Position numbers and translations under genes: made by a program. From NCBI GenBank assembly GCA_963664195.1, contig OY760907.1, forward strand, positions 3,680,001 to 3,744,000: a stretch of 64,000 nucleotides of DNA. The letters run 5' to 3'. The stretch's first letter is position 1. The number at the start of each line of letters is the position of its first letter. The notes below the pieces were generated by a model, which was not told where the DNA came from, ran no database searches, and saw nothing but the letters and a program-made list of their open reading frames with translations. Shown piece by piece: positions 40,655 through 49,947 of the stretch. Source of the DNA: an uncultured candidate division Zixibacteria bacterium (GTDB lineage Bacteria; Zixibacteria; MSB-5A5; GN15; FEB-12).

Positions 40655-41902
40655 ATGTTGAAGATGACCATTGACAATACTCGCGCACTTATCCTCACCG
40701 TTTCCCTTCTTGTGATTATGACCACTTCGGTCTTCGCTGGAATTCGAGACTACTTCGAACTTGAGGCAAACGTAACTGGTACATCGACAGAGAATATCTT
40801 CAAAGATTTCAACGACAAGTCCACTACGTATTCGAAAACGAGCGTGACGGCCAAGGCATACCCGGTTTCGTTTGCTGAACTCGTACTTACGACCGACTAC
40901 ACGAGATATCGCCAAACCCCAAGTCTCAACAATCTTTCCCTGCAGTTGGGCGGCACGATTATTCCTTTGAGCGAAACATCCAAAACCCAGATATATTTCT
41001 CAGGACACATGAAGAACGCCGACTACGAGGAATCCGGCGACCCATCGACCACGACTCGCACAGACTTCACAAGTAAGAACTACGACCTTACCCTGTCCAT
41101 AGGACAGGAGTTGCGGCCCAATCTGCGCCTTCGTGGCGGCTACTCCATGAAGGTTGTCGGCTACGATGACGAGTACGTGAATGACCGGTACGATCACGAG
41201 GTTTTTCTCGGGGGAAACACATCGTTCCTCAGCTTCTGCTCGCTTGACCTCGAAGTCGGATACCGCTTTGGCGATTATGACCATATGGTCGATACTACGA
41301 CTCTCCCCCGCCCTCTGCTCCTGATGATGCCGAGCGCCCCCGATTACCCGGACTCTCTCAGAGCCCTCCAGGCGAAACAGGTCACGGAGAATCTGACCTG
41401 GTTCTATATTTCTCCCCGATTGTCCGCACAACTGGGGAAAAAGACGGGCGTTAGTCTCACCTACGGTTATCGTAAGCTGGGTGACATCGATGAAAACGAC
41501 TATGTCTTCGGAACCACAACAACTCTGTTATCGCCTTGGACGTCGGTCTACGAGGGAAGCTCGATCCAACTAAAGGCCAAAACACACTTGGTCCCCAAAA
41601 TCATCCTGAGCACTGGGATCGGCTATTGGGACAAGGAATTCCTGAAGATGCTTGAGCCGTATAATCGTGAAGAAGGCGAAGTCGTTCCCTTCATCACAAC
41701 CTACTTCCTGAAAGATGGTCGCGGAGATCGAATCGACGTGAAGCGGCAAATGTACATTCAGATCCAGTACCCGATCAAGACTCATTCTGGCTATTATCTT
41801 GAACCGTCACTTAAAGTCGACTATATAAACAACAACTCGAGCATAGCCGTCTTTGAATACGACGACGTGACCGTCTCGATGGACTTCAAAGTCCGCTTCT
41901 AG
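40655..41902 (+). CDS. Outer-membrane beta-barrel protein
   Basis: Signal peptide, amphipathic strands, C-terminal VSMDFKVRF; starts 3 nt after the upstream stop. Confidence 0.75.
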   Translation: MLKMTIDNTRALILTVSLLVIMTTSVFAGIRDYFELEANVTGTSTENIFKDFNDKSTTYSKTSVTAKAYPVSFAELVLTTDYTRYRQTPSLNNLSLQLGGTIIPLSETSKTQIYFSGHMKNADYEESGDPSTTTRTDFTSKNYDLTLSIGQELRPNLRLRGGYSMKVVGYDDEYVNDRYDHEVFLGGNTSFLSFCSLDLEVGYRFGDYDHMVDTTTLPRPLLLMMPSAPDYPDSLRALQAKQVTENLTWFYISPRLSAQLGKKTGVSLTYGYRKLGDIDENDYVFGTTTTLLSPWTSVYEGSSIQLKAKTHLVPKIILSTGIGYWDKEFLKMLEPYNREEGEVVPFITTYFLKDGRGDRIDVKRQMYIQIQYPIKTHSGYYLEPSLKVDYINNNSSIAVFEYDDVTVSMDFKVRF

Positions 41903-41946
41903 AGACTAAGCCAGACTTTTGCGAGAATCGCAACAGATACCTGACA

Positions 41947-41975
41947 TTGCGCCGGCCCCAACAGGGCCGGCGCAA
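41947..41975 (+). terminator. Stem-loop, probable terminator
   Basis: ttgcgccggccc-caaca-gggccggcgcaa; weak U-tract. Confidence 0.5.
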
Positions 41976-42175
41976 ACTTTAGCGCCCGTCCCCGTTACGC
42001 GTTAGTAACCAATAACTTAACGCACACAACATTCACACAGGGATCCCCCGACTGGCACAAAGAGGACATTATCACCTTGCATTTACACGCAAAGCACCTA
42101 TATTTGTTATTAGGCGATAAGTAGGTAACACACAAACCCAATCAAACACGTACCACCCGCAGGGAGAGAACACGT

Positions 42176-43624
42176 ATGAGACGATGTATCACCGCTGCCG
42201 TCGGGATAGTGCTTCTATTTGCCGCCTCGATTGCAGCCTCCGACGTTTCCGAACCCAACGCAATGTTGAGTTCGACGCACGAAGCAGTAACAGCCACTCC
42301 GACTCCTTCAACCACGCCTTCCACTCCAGAAGTCCAGACTCTCGCCGGCAGCAAGGCCGACTACCCGGGCAGACTGAGAGTTTACGTTGTCGAGCCGACG
42401 TCTCGATGGGATGCCGCCGACGGCAGACCCTATCACGAAGCGTTCTTTTCTTGGGCAATCGATCAGGACATAAACATTCCGGACGGTGAGATCCTTACGC
42501 TCAGTAGTACCTGGAATTCGTACGACGAAGGCTTCTACTCCATTTTGGAGACGAACATAGCGGCGGTCGCTGCTCTCTTCGACGACGCGTACACCACGGA
42601 AAACGCTTACCCGTATCCGGGCTACAATTACCCTTTTCGAGCACACGCGGTCGACGCGACTGCCAGGGCGGCAGCCGGCGAAATTGGACAGAACGAAGTC
42701 ACCGGCACCTATACACACACTGTTTTCGTCGAAGAGGCAACTGCCACCTGGTGCGGCTACTGCCCCGACGTGCGGGATTGGCTTGGAGCTCTCCATCGCA
42801 ACGCAGGCTACAACTTCGAGTTCGTTGCTCTCGTCGACGACAGTTGTGATTTCGCGGCCTATCGCCTGAGCAGCAATACAATCAACGGCCTGAACGTAGG
42901 CGCCTTCCCTACCTGCTACGTCGACGGTGGCACTGAGTTGGTAGTGGGCGCTGCCGGCCAGAGCGCCATTGCATCAGCTCTGAACGCAGCAGGCTCGCGG
43001 GCAGTCCCGGATCTGGATATGCTCATCAAGACTGAGTATATAGCAACCAACACAATCCAGGTCACCGTGGCTATCGGCAACGGTGTCCCGGCCAACACGG
43101 CTCCGGGCACTCCGAGCATCGTCTCTGGTGTGACCGAAGCCGTCGAGGGCACTGAGTACGACTTCGAAGCCCTCTCCATTGATCCCGAAGCCAATACCAT
43201 GGAGTATCGTTTCGATTTCTCGGACGGCACCATCACCGATTGGATAGGTCCCTTCGCAGATGGTGAAAACGGCCTCGCTTCTCATGCCTGGTCTACAACC
43301 GGCACCACCTACGTCAGGGTGCTGGCTCGCGACTTCTGGGGCATTGAAACCACATGGTCGGTACCGTACGCCGTTGAAGTCATCCCGTCCACTTGTTGCA
43401 GAGGTGATTCACGCGGTAATGTTGACGGCTCCCTGGACTTCCAGGTCACCATGAGCGACCTGACCGTATTGATCGACCATCTCTTCATCAGCCTCTCGCC
43501 ATTGGACTGCGTCGATGAAGGCAACCTCGACGGCGACATCCTCGGTGAAGTTACTATGAGCGACTTGACGGTATTGATTGACCATCTCTTTATCAGTCTG
43601 AATCCGTTGCCGCCATGCCAGTAG
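42176..43624 (+). CDS. Secreted Omp28/thioredoxin-like (WCGYC) + PKD + dockerin-like protein
   Basis: Signal peptide; VFVEEATATWCGYCP; FPT..VDGG; YRFDFSDG...SHAWSTTG; duplicated [17 protein letters not shown]. Confidence 0.85.
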   Translation: MRRCITAAVGIVLLFAASIAASDVSEPNAMLSSTHEAVTATPTPSTTPSTPEVQTLAGSKADYPGRLRVYVVEPTSRWDAADGRPYHEAFFSWAIDQDINIPDGEILTLSSTWNSYDEGFYSILETNIAAVAALFDDAYTTENAYPYPGYNYPFRAHAVDATARAAAGEIGQNEVTGTYTHTVFVEEATATWCGYCPDVRDWLGALHRNAGYNFEFVALVDDSCDFAAYRLSSNTINGLNVGAFPTCYVDGGTELVVGAAGQSAIASALNAAGSRAVPDLDMLIKTEYIATNTIQVTVAIGNGVPANTAPGTPSIVSGVTEAVEGTEYDFEALSIDPEANTMEYRFDFSDGTITDWIGPFADGENGLASHAWSTTGTTYVRVLARDFWGIETTWSVPYAVEVIPSTCCRGDSRGNVDGSLDFQVTMSDLTVLIDHLFISLSPLDCVDEGNLDGDILGEVTMSDLTVLIDHLFISLNPLPPCQ

Positions 43625-43902
43625 AATCGATCAAAGGTGATCGCCTGACACGGCAGAGTTAAGTGAGCTAATGTGGCGGCGATTTCGGTAACGATGTCGC
43701 CGCCGTTTCTCATTGCAGACTTGTCATTCGTTCCTTCCGGACGTTTTGACACTTCGAAGGAGATACAATCAATCAGGGCGGCTACCTCAAAAGAGGACAC
43801 ACCCCCCCTTACGCCAATAGGCAGGTCTGGTATCTTTGCGCTGGGCAGATTCATCCAGACTGGCCTCGGACCTCTTGCCTTCTCATAAGGGAGATTGCAC
43901 AC

Positions 43903-45276
43903 ATGTTACGATGTCTCATTGCTGCCGCTGCGATCCTGCTGCTTATCGCCTCCTCGACGACAGCATCGGATGTATCGGTTCCTGCCACAAACAAGCAGGA
44001 AGTCGAAACCGATATGATAGCCCCTGCCGCCTACCCCGGAACGCTCAGGATATATATAATTGAACCGCAGTCGCGCTATCATCATCCGCAGGATAACGGC
44101 CAGTACCATAACGGTTTTCTCGATTTTGCCCTGGTACAGACCGTTAATATCGCCGATGGAGCAAGACTTCAGGTTAGCGCTGACTGGAATGCATCCACAG
44201 AAGGATTCGGCAGCATTTCTCAGGACAATATCGCTGTAATCGCCGTGCTGTTTGATGAAACAGCACACCTCACCGATGCCTTCCCCCCGTATGGTTATTA
44301 CTTCAACGCATACTATGCTGATGCCGCAGCACAGGCCACGGTCGGTGAGATTGGCACCAATACGGCATCCAACGGTTACACGCACAAAGTCTTCCTGGAA
44401 GAGGGTACGGAATACAGTTGCCCCAATTGCCCCTCGGTCCGCGACTGGCTCGACAGCCTCTCCGGAGTGAACGACGGCTTCCTCTACACTGCCTTGATTA
44501 ATGACCAAAACTCCAATGCTGCCGCAAGAGTGGTGGAATTGGGCACTGCCGTGTATCCCACCTGCACGATCGACGGCGGTTACAAAATGGTCGTCGGATC
44601 GTCATCTCCCGCCAACATTTGCGGCGGAATCACCAACAGCGGCGCGCGTGCTGTCCCCGCTATCTACATGCTGGTCACCACTGAATGGATCGGCACCAAC
44701 CAGATCAGGGTTTCCGCCGCTGTCGGCAACGGTGTCGATGCCAACGTCGCACCGGCCACGCCGATGATCACTTCGGGCGATACCGAGGGCGTCCCGACTA
44801 CTGTTTACACCTACGGCGGCGGCACCACCGATCCGGACGGGAATCGGATATCGTACCGTTTCGATTTTGATGACGGGACCATCAGCGACTGGAGCGAAAC
44901 GTATGCCTCCGGCGCAACCGCCTCGGCCTCACACGCCTGGACAGACCCCGGTACCTACCATGTCAGACTGCAGGCAAGGGACACCTGGGGATACGAAACC
45001 GGCTGGTGCATGTCCGGCAGAACAGTGACCATAGGCACAGCCTCCTGCTGCACCGGCCCATCGACAGGAAACTTCGATGGTTCAGAAGACAACCTCATAA
45101 CGATGGGAGATCTGACGGTACTGATCGATCATCTGTTTATAACTCTTACCCCGCTGGATTGCCCCGACGAGGCCAATGTCGATGAGAGTCCCGACGGACT
45201 CATAACCATGGGAGATCTCACCGTCCTGATTAACCACTTGTTCATCACGTTTGATCCCCTTCCGTCATGCCCTTAA
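43903..45276 (+). CDS. Paralogue of the preceding gene (CPNC + PKD + dockerin-like)
   Basis: Collinear motifs YPGTLRIYIIEPQSR, VFLEEGTEYSCPNCP, YRFDFDDG...[22 protein letters not shown]. Confidence 0.85.
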   Translation: MLRCLIAAAAILLLIASSTTASDVSVPATNKQEVETDMIAPAAYPGTLRIYIIEPQSRYHHPQDNGQYHNGFLDFALVQTVNIADGARLQVSADWNASTEGFGSISQDNIAVIAVLFDETAHLTDAFPPYGYYFNAYYADAAAQATVGEIGTNTASNGYTHKVFLEEGTEYSCPNCPSVRDWLDSLSGVNDGFLYTALINDQNSNAAARVVELGTAVYPTCTIDGGYKMVVGSSSPANICGGITNSGARAVPAIYMLVTTEWIGTNQIRVSAAVGNGVDANVAPATPMITSGDTEGVPTTVYTYGGGTTDPDGNRISYRFDFDDGTISDWSETYASGATASASHAWTDPGTYHVRLQARDTWGYETGWCMSGRTVTIGTASCCTGPSTGNFDGSEDNLITMGDLTVLIDHLFITLTPLDCPDEANVDESPDGLITMGDLTVLINHLFITFDPLPSCP

Positions 45277-45317
45277 GACAGCAGACTTGATCCAAGCTAC
45301 CCGCACCGCACAAAGAA

Positions 45318-45352
45318 ACGGCGGCGAATCCTTAGTCGGAAACGCCGCCGTT
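45318..45352. terminator. Stem-loop between convergent genes
   Basis: acggcggcg ... cgccgccgt arms. Confidence 0.5.
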
Positions 45353-45404
45353 CTCATCTAATCTGTACCCTGCCCACCGAAGGACCCCGGGCAGAAATCG
45401 GCTC

Positions 45405-46649
45405 TTACTTCTCCTTGAACTCTATCCGTTCAAACTCGTTCCAATCGACAATGACCTCATCGTCGTCATCGGTGGTTATGACAATACCCTTGTTGTCCTC
45501 ATCGACATCATTGCAGCCACGAAGAACAAACTCACGACCGTCCAGCACCGTCACGCGCGCCGCCCGGTATGACTTCTTCTCAATGGTCTTGATAAGACCG
45601 AACTCGATATCAAAATCCATGTCGTGGTTTTCGCCGTTGAGCAACTCCCAGGTATGTTCTTCGTCGTAATCCCAGAGGATATACCCGGTGTACTCATCAC
45701 CGTCTTCGGTGTGCAGCGTACCGTAGAGCCGACGACCGCCGTCAAAGTCTTCGTATTTTGGGGCCTGAGGCGCTTCGGTCAACTCCAGCTTCTCGAATTC
45801 ATCCCACTTCACGACCACCTGACCAAAGCCCGGATCAGAGATGATAATACCACGGTTCTCATCGTTCACATCATTGGACCCGCGCAATATCATCTCATCG
45901 CCGGTCTTCAGCGTAATCTGCGCGGCACTCGAACTGTACCGCTCAATCGCGGCAATCTTGGAGAATTGCAGTTTCCGTTTGCGGCGCTTCTCATCGCCAT
46001 CAATGATGTCGTTTTCAAACACTTCGTCCACATCCCAGGTCACCCAACCGGTGAATTTGTCATCGCGACGAGTCGTCAGCGTGCCGTACAACCTATCGCC
46101 AAAACCGGAGCGATCTGCCTTGCCGGCAGACTGGAACTCAATCCGTTCAATGTCATCCCAGAAAAACTCAATCTCGCCCTCGTCAGGGTCCTCAATCACG
46201 ATCTCGCGTATATTGGATCCGATATCAGTCGAGCTGTTCTCCAACTCCACTTCCTCGCCGCTCTTGAACGTCAGAAGCACCATGTCGTCGTCGATGACTT
46301 CCATGCTCTTCAAATGACCGATCCGCATACCCGAAGAGGCAGAACCGCTCTCATAATCGGTTGTACGTCCCTCACCGATCCTGATCCCAAAGATGTCAAT
46401 GGAGCTGCGTTTTTTGGAGTGCGACCGGCGACGCGACTTGCTGTACTTGCGATGCTCCAGTTCCTTTGTACCGTCGAGGATGTCAACCCATGAGGCTTCG
46501 TTCTTATCCCAGCGAATCAGACCTTCGTAAGTATCACCGTCCACAGTGAATATCTTCCCATGAATACGGCCGGACTCATCGGCAGTGGCAGTCAGTACCG
46601 CCCCGAAAGTCACTATCAAAATGGCGAGAAGTAGCGTCGCTGATTTCAT
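45405..46649 (-). CDS. Secreted acidic protein with three ~125-aa internal repeats
   Basis: Signal MKSATLLLAILIV after SD GGAGG; repeats begin GRIHGKIFT..G.TYEGLIRWD, RLYGTLTT...FTGWVTWD, RLYGTLHT..G..YTGYILWD. Confidence 0.8.
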   Translation of the reverse strand: MKSATLLLAILIVTFGAVLTATADESGRIHGKIFTVDGDTYEGLIRWDKNEASWVDILDGTKELEHRKYSKSRRRSHSKKRSSIDIFGIRIGEGRTTDYESGSASSGMRIGHLKSMEVIDDDMVLLTFKSGEEVELENSSTDIGSNIREIVIEDPDEGEIEFFWDDIERIEFQSAGKADRSGFGDRLYGTLTTRRDDKFTGWVTWDVDEVFENDIIDGDEKRRKRKLQFSKIAAIERYSSSAAQITLKTGDEMILRGSNDVNDENRGIIISDPGFGQVVVKWDEFEKLELTEAPQAPKYEDFDGGRRLYGTLHTEDGDEYTGYILWDYDEEHTWELLNGENHDMDFDIEFGLIKTIEKKSYRAARVTVLDGREFVLRGCNDVDEDNKGIVITTDDDDEVIVDWNEFERIEFKEK

Positions 46650-46755
46650 AAATCCTCCGTAAACACGCACATGTCTTTATGCTAGTCTCTTACGAGATTA
46701 CGAAAGATAAGTTTAGTAAATAATAGACCTCAGAACGGTAGAGGAGTAATACAGT

Positions 46756-49644
46756 CTACTTTAGCAGAACCATCTTGCGCACGCAGGTGAACGAACCCGC
46801 CTTCAGGCGATAGAAGTACACGCCCGAAGGAGCATCGGCACCACCACGCACCAGTCCATCCCATTGAATAAGGTGGTCCCCTGCGGCCAATTGCTCCGAA
46901 ACCAGCAATCGTACTGTTTGCCCGAGGATATTAAACACCTCCAGACGCACCACGGATGTTCCGGGCAACCGGAACTCAATCGTCGTGGCCATGTTGAACG
47001 GGTTTGGATAATTCTGCGACAGAGAGAACGATTCCGGCAGCAACCGGGGATCATCGTCGTCAACCGACGTCTGCTCGTCAACTCGTATCTCTCCCGGGAG
47101 AAGCGATACTTCTGCAGGCATTCCCTCCGATACCAGATAGATCCACGGGTTGTTCAGGCCGTCAGCGGGCTTGTCTAGAGGCATTAGTCCGGTGACAACC
47201 CCACCCGTGACATACAGATCGCAAAGCGACGAAACTCCCTGCGGCAGACTGCTGTCAGCATCAATCATGCTGATTTCAAACGAGGCAACACCGGCTGAGC
47301 TGTCAGCGGCAAAAACCACATTCACCAGCCCGGCAAGCGTCGAGTCCACCACTATTGAATCCATCGCCACCATTTCGGGATCATACTCAAACGGCACATA
47401 CACTGCATTGGCGTCGCTTGAAAGCGACATTTCAATCGGTAGACTGCCAGTTGATCCTGATTTCACAACAATCGTTCCCGCAAGAATCGTGTCGGGCGAG
47501 GTCGACAGGTACCGAAAACTGAATGGAATCCGTTCACTGACATTGAACGAGGCGCTGTCAGTCACGTCGACAAAAGTCGAGTGCAAACCGTATTCCAATT
47601 GAGTGGTGTCAATCGTGAAGACAATCGAGTCGCCCCCCAACCCGGACCCGCGAGAAAGATGCAGCCACGGGTCATTCACAGCAGCCATCCAATTCAGAAT
47701 CCCCACCCCGGCATTTGTCACAACCGTAAACAGGTCATGCTCTGAAGGGGTCGAAGTAACGACATTGAAACTGTCAGGTTCAAGTAGAATATACGGAAGG
47801 TTCGCAACGACTTCCACAACCGCCCAGACCGTATCGGGCGAGTTTACAATATCACCTGCGTCGACTACAATCGGTTCGACGTAGTTCCCATCGGTCAGGC
47901 CAACCGCATTGACCGTCACCTGGAGCTCCGTTTCATTGGATCCTGCGTATGCCGAAACGGTCAGCCAATCTGCATCTTCGGTAAGTGTCCACGGCATATC
48001 ACCGCCGCCGGCATTGCTTGTTGTCAGGAACTTGGTGTACTCGCGATCAATCCCCGTGAACGCCCTGAAGGACAGAGTGTCGGCAGAAAGGCTGAGTATT
48101 GGCACCGTCACATCGAATCTTACCGGGACGACCATCGAAGAATCGTTGTTGTCCAAATCAACCAGTGTTAGCTGCCCAAAGTACGTACCGTAAGGCAACG
48201 CAGCAGTCGTGATGCTCACCGAAATGGTATCAGGCGTGCTGCCGGCTGCGGGTGACACATCCAGCCAACTGTGGGACGGCAGGATCTCGAAGTTCCGCGA
48301 GTTGTATCCCGCGTGATCAAGAACGACTTCCTGCGGGTCTGGGGCCGAATCGCCGACAGCCATCTCGAATCTGAGTGAATTCGGTTCAGCTATAATACTG
48401 GGATCATTATACTTTGTAATTGAGGCGTAGATGTCGTAGTCACCGTTGCGCTTGTCCGACCAAGTCATATATCGATACTGGCCGTCGAGTGCGACGTCCG
48501 GCTGCAATTGAGCCGAATCGCCTTCTTCATTCGCCTGGAAGTTGGGGTCCTGGACGACGCCGTTGACGTCGATCATCTGTCCCACAATATCCCACGAATC
48601 CGATACGGTACTGTCCGACCAGATGATAGCGACATTTCCCATCCGATCAGCGGAAATGGTCGGCTCGCGCTGAGCACGCTGAGAGCCGTCACGGTTTATC
48701 TTCGTGTCGGCGGTCATCGGGGCCAGCGAAGTATCAAACTGGCGTGAATATATATCCGGGTTTGCCGGGTAAATCCCGTTGCGCCAATCTACCCATACGA
48801 CGGTGAAATGGCCCGCACCGTCGGTGGCCGCATCCGGAAACGCCTGACGAATGGTCCCAGCGTCGGAGTTTACCCTGATGTTCGGTCCCAGAGCAACACC
48901 CAACGAGTCAAAACGCTGCGCGAATATGTCGTCATTGCCCAACCGGTTGTCATACCAGGTCACTACATACCAGCCCTCAGGCGATACGGCGACTCGCGGG
49001 GAGTGCTGCTGGGCGGAGCCGACATCGTTGTTGACTCTGAAATTCGTGCCGATCAGGCCACCGTTGGAGGATATGACCTGCCCGTAGACATCCCAGTTCC
49101 GGTTGCGATAGTCAGCCCAAACAAGCATCCCTCCTCCCCAGGGTGAGAGCGCGATGTCTGGTGTTTCCTTCAGAGAGTCAGGTAATTCGGTCGTTACGTT
49201 TCGATTGACGCCCGACGGCACCACTGCCGAGTCATATCGCTGGAAAAAGACGTCGGGATCAAACGGGTATGAACCGTTGCGATAGTCCGTCCAGACAACA
49301 GAATAGAGACCGGACAGATCCACTCCGATCGCGGGGTCTCGCTGGTAGGCGCTGGTCGCGTCGTCGTTGACCTGACGGTTCTGGCCAATGGCCGCACCGT
49401 CAGTATCGAATCGTTGAAGGAATATATCGTTGGAGCCGTTTCGTTGATCGGTCCAGACAATGACGAAACCGCCGTCGCCTGCGACAGCGATTCGAGGGTT
49501 ATTTTGAGCCGTGTGGGAGGCGTCGTCGTTGATCAGAAAATCAGTCCGCTCTGCAGCGGCGACCCGTGATCCACACAGAAGTATAACCGCGACCAACACC
49601 CGGAATGTCTGTCTTGCGTAGTACATCGCAAGACTGTAATACAA
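46756..49644 (-). CDS. Large secreted protein: beta-propeller-like repeats, three BACON-like domains, a cohesin-like module and a T9SS-CTD/FlgD-like C-terminus
   Basis: Repeats F.IVW.D.RNG..DI..QRFD; WLDVSP/WLTVS/WLHLS; LSQNYPNPFN...VFNILGQ.VR.L...SGVYFYRL...KMVLLK. Exact start uncertain. Confidence 0.85.
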   Translation of the reverse strand: MYYSLAMYYARQTFRVLVAVILLCGSRVAAAERTDFLINDDASHTAQNNPRIAVAGDGGFVIVWTDQRNGSNDIFLQRFDTDGAAIGQNRQVNDDATSAYQRDPAIGVDLSGLYSVVWTDYRNGSYPFDPDVFFQRYDSAVVPSGVNRNVTTELPDSLKETPDIALSPWGGGMLVWADYRNRNWDVYGQVISSNGGLIGTNFRVNNDVGSAQQHSPRVAVSPEGWYVVTWYDNRLGNDDIFAQRFDSLGVALGPNIRVNSDAGTIRQAFPDAATDGAGHFTVVWVDWRNGIYPANPDIYSRQFDTSLAPMTADTKINRDGSQRAQREPTISADRMGNVAIIWSDSTVSDSWDIVGQMIDVNGVVQDPNFQANEEGDSAQLQPDVALDGQYRYMTWSDKRNGDYDIYASITKYNDPSIIAEPNSLRFEMAVGDSAPDPQEVVLDHAGYNSRNFEILPSHSWLDVSPAAGSTPDTISVSITTAALPYGTYFGQLTLVDLDNNDSSMVVPVRFDVTVPILSLSADTLSFRAFTGIDREYTKFLTTSNAGGGDMPWTLTEDADWLTVSAYAGSNETELQVTVNAVGLTDGNYVEPIVVDAGDIVNSPDTVWAVVEVVANLPYILLEPDSFNVVTSTPSEHDLFTVVTNAGVGILNWMAAVNDPWLHLSRGSGLGGDSIVFTIDTTQLEYGLHSTFVDVTDSASFNVSERIPFSFRYLSTSPDTILAGTIVVKSGSTGSLPIEMSLSSDANAVYVPFEYDPEMVAMDSIVVDSTLAGLVNVVFAADSSAGVASFEISMIDADSSLPQGVSSLCDLYVTGGVVTGLMPLDKPADGLNNPWIYLVSEGMPAEVSLLPGEIRVDEQTSVDDDDPRLLPESFSLSQNYPNPFNMATTIEFRLPGTSVVRLEVFNILGQTVRLLVSEQLAAGDHLIQWDGLVRGGADAPSGVYFYRLKAGSFTCVRKMVLLK

Positions 49645-49674
49645 AAAAAATGCCCACCCATGCGGGCGGGCATA
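49643..49674 (-). terminator. Intrinsic terminator
   Basis: Minus strand atgcccgccc-gcat-gggtgggcat-ttttttt. Confidence 0.8.
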
Positions 49675-49684
49675 TCTTTTTCGC

Positions 49685-49820
49685 AGCTCGGGGACAACTG
49701 TTTGCCCTGTCTAACCTTACCTAATTCTACCGGGGCCCGTTAAGACCAACATCAACTCTTACGAGTCAGAACCGGAGGAAAAATGTTCCAGACACCAGCG
49801 GACAGAAGTTCCGTAGAACC
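49685..49820 (-). ncRNA. Candidate 6S-like RNA (long irregular hairpin with central bubble)
   Basis: Nested pairings by eye: GGTTC/GAGCT, CTGT/ACAG, TGTCTGG/TTAGACA, CCGG/CCGG, around unpaired AACATTTTTCCT and TAGAATTAGGTAAGG; followed by a terminator. Confidence 0.4.
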
Positions 49821-49823
49821 CGT

Positions 49824-49919
49824 CTACTTGTTCTTTTTCTTGTGTCGGTTAGCGCGTCTGCGTTTCTTCCTCTTGTGGGTCTTGATCTTCTCGCGCTTAC
49901 GTTTCTTTCCGCTGGGCAT
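49824..49919 (-). CDS. 30S ribosomal protein bS22-like (AURKAIP1/COX24/mS38 family), 31 aa
   Basis: MPSGKKRKREKIKTHKRKKRRRANRHKKKNK with SD GGAGG; below the ORF-track size cutoff. Confidence 0.85.
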   Translation of the reverse strand: MPSGKKRKREKIKTHKRKKRRRANRHKKKNK

Positions 49920-49947
49920 CCATCCTCCGTTAGAACGGTTGGGGTAA

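Noticed and set aside
43746..43769. sigma70 promoter TTGACA...TACAAT before 43903
   Set aside because: The spacer is only 12 nt.
42745..44435. Selenocysteine in the CxxC motifs
   Set aside because: The codons are TGC; no in-frame TGA.
1727..45276. Diversity-generating retroelement TR/VR behind the repeated dockerin-like coding segments
   Set aside because: No reverse transcriptase is present; differences appear largely synonymous rather than adenine-specific, and all copies are coding.
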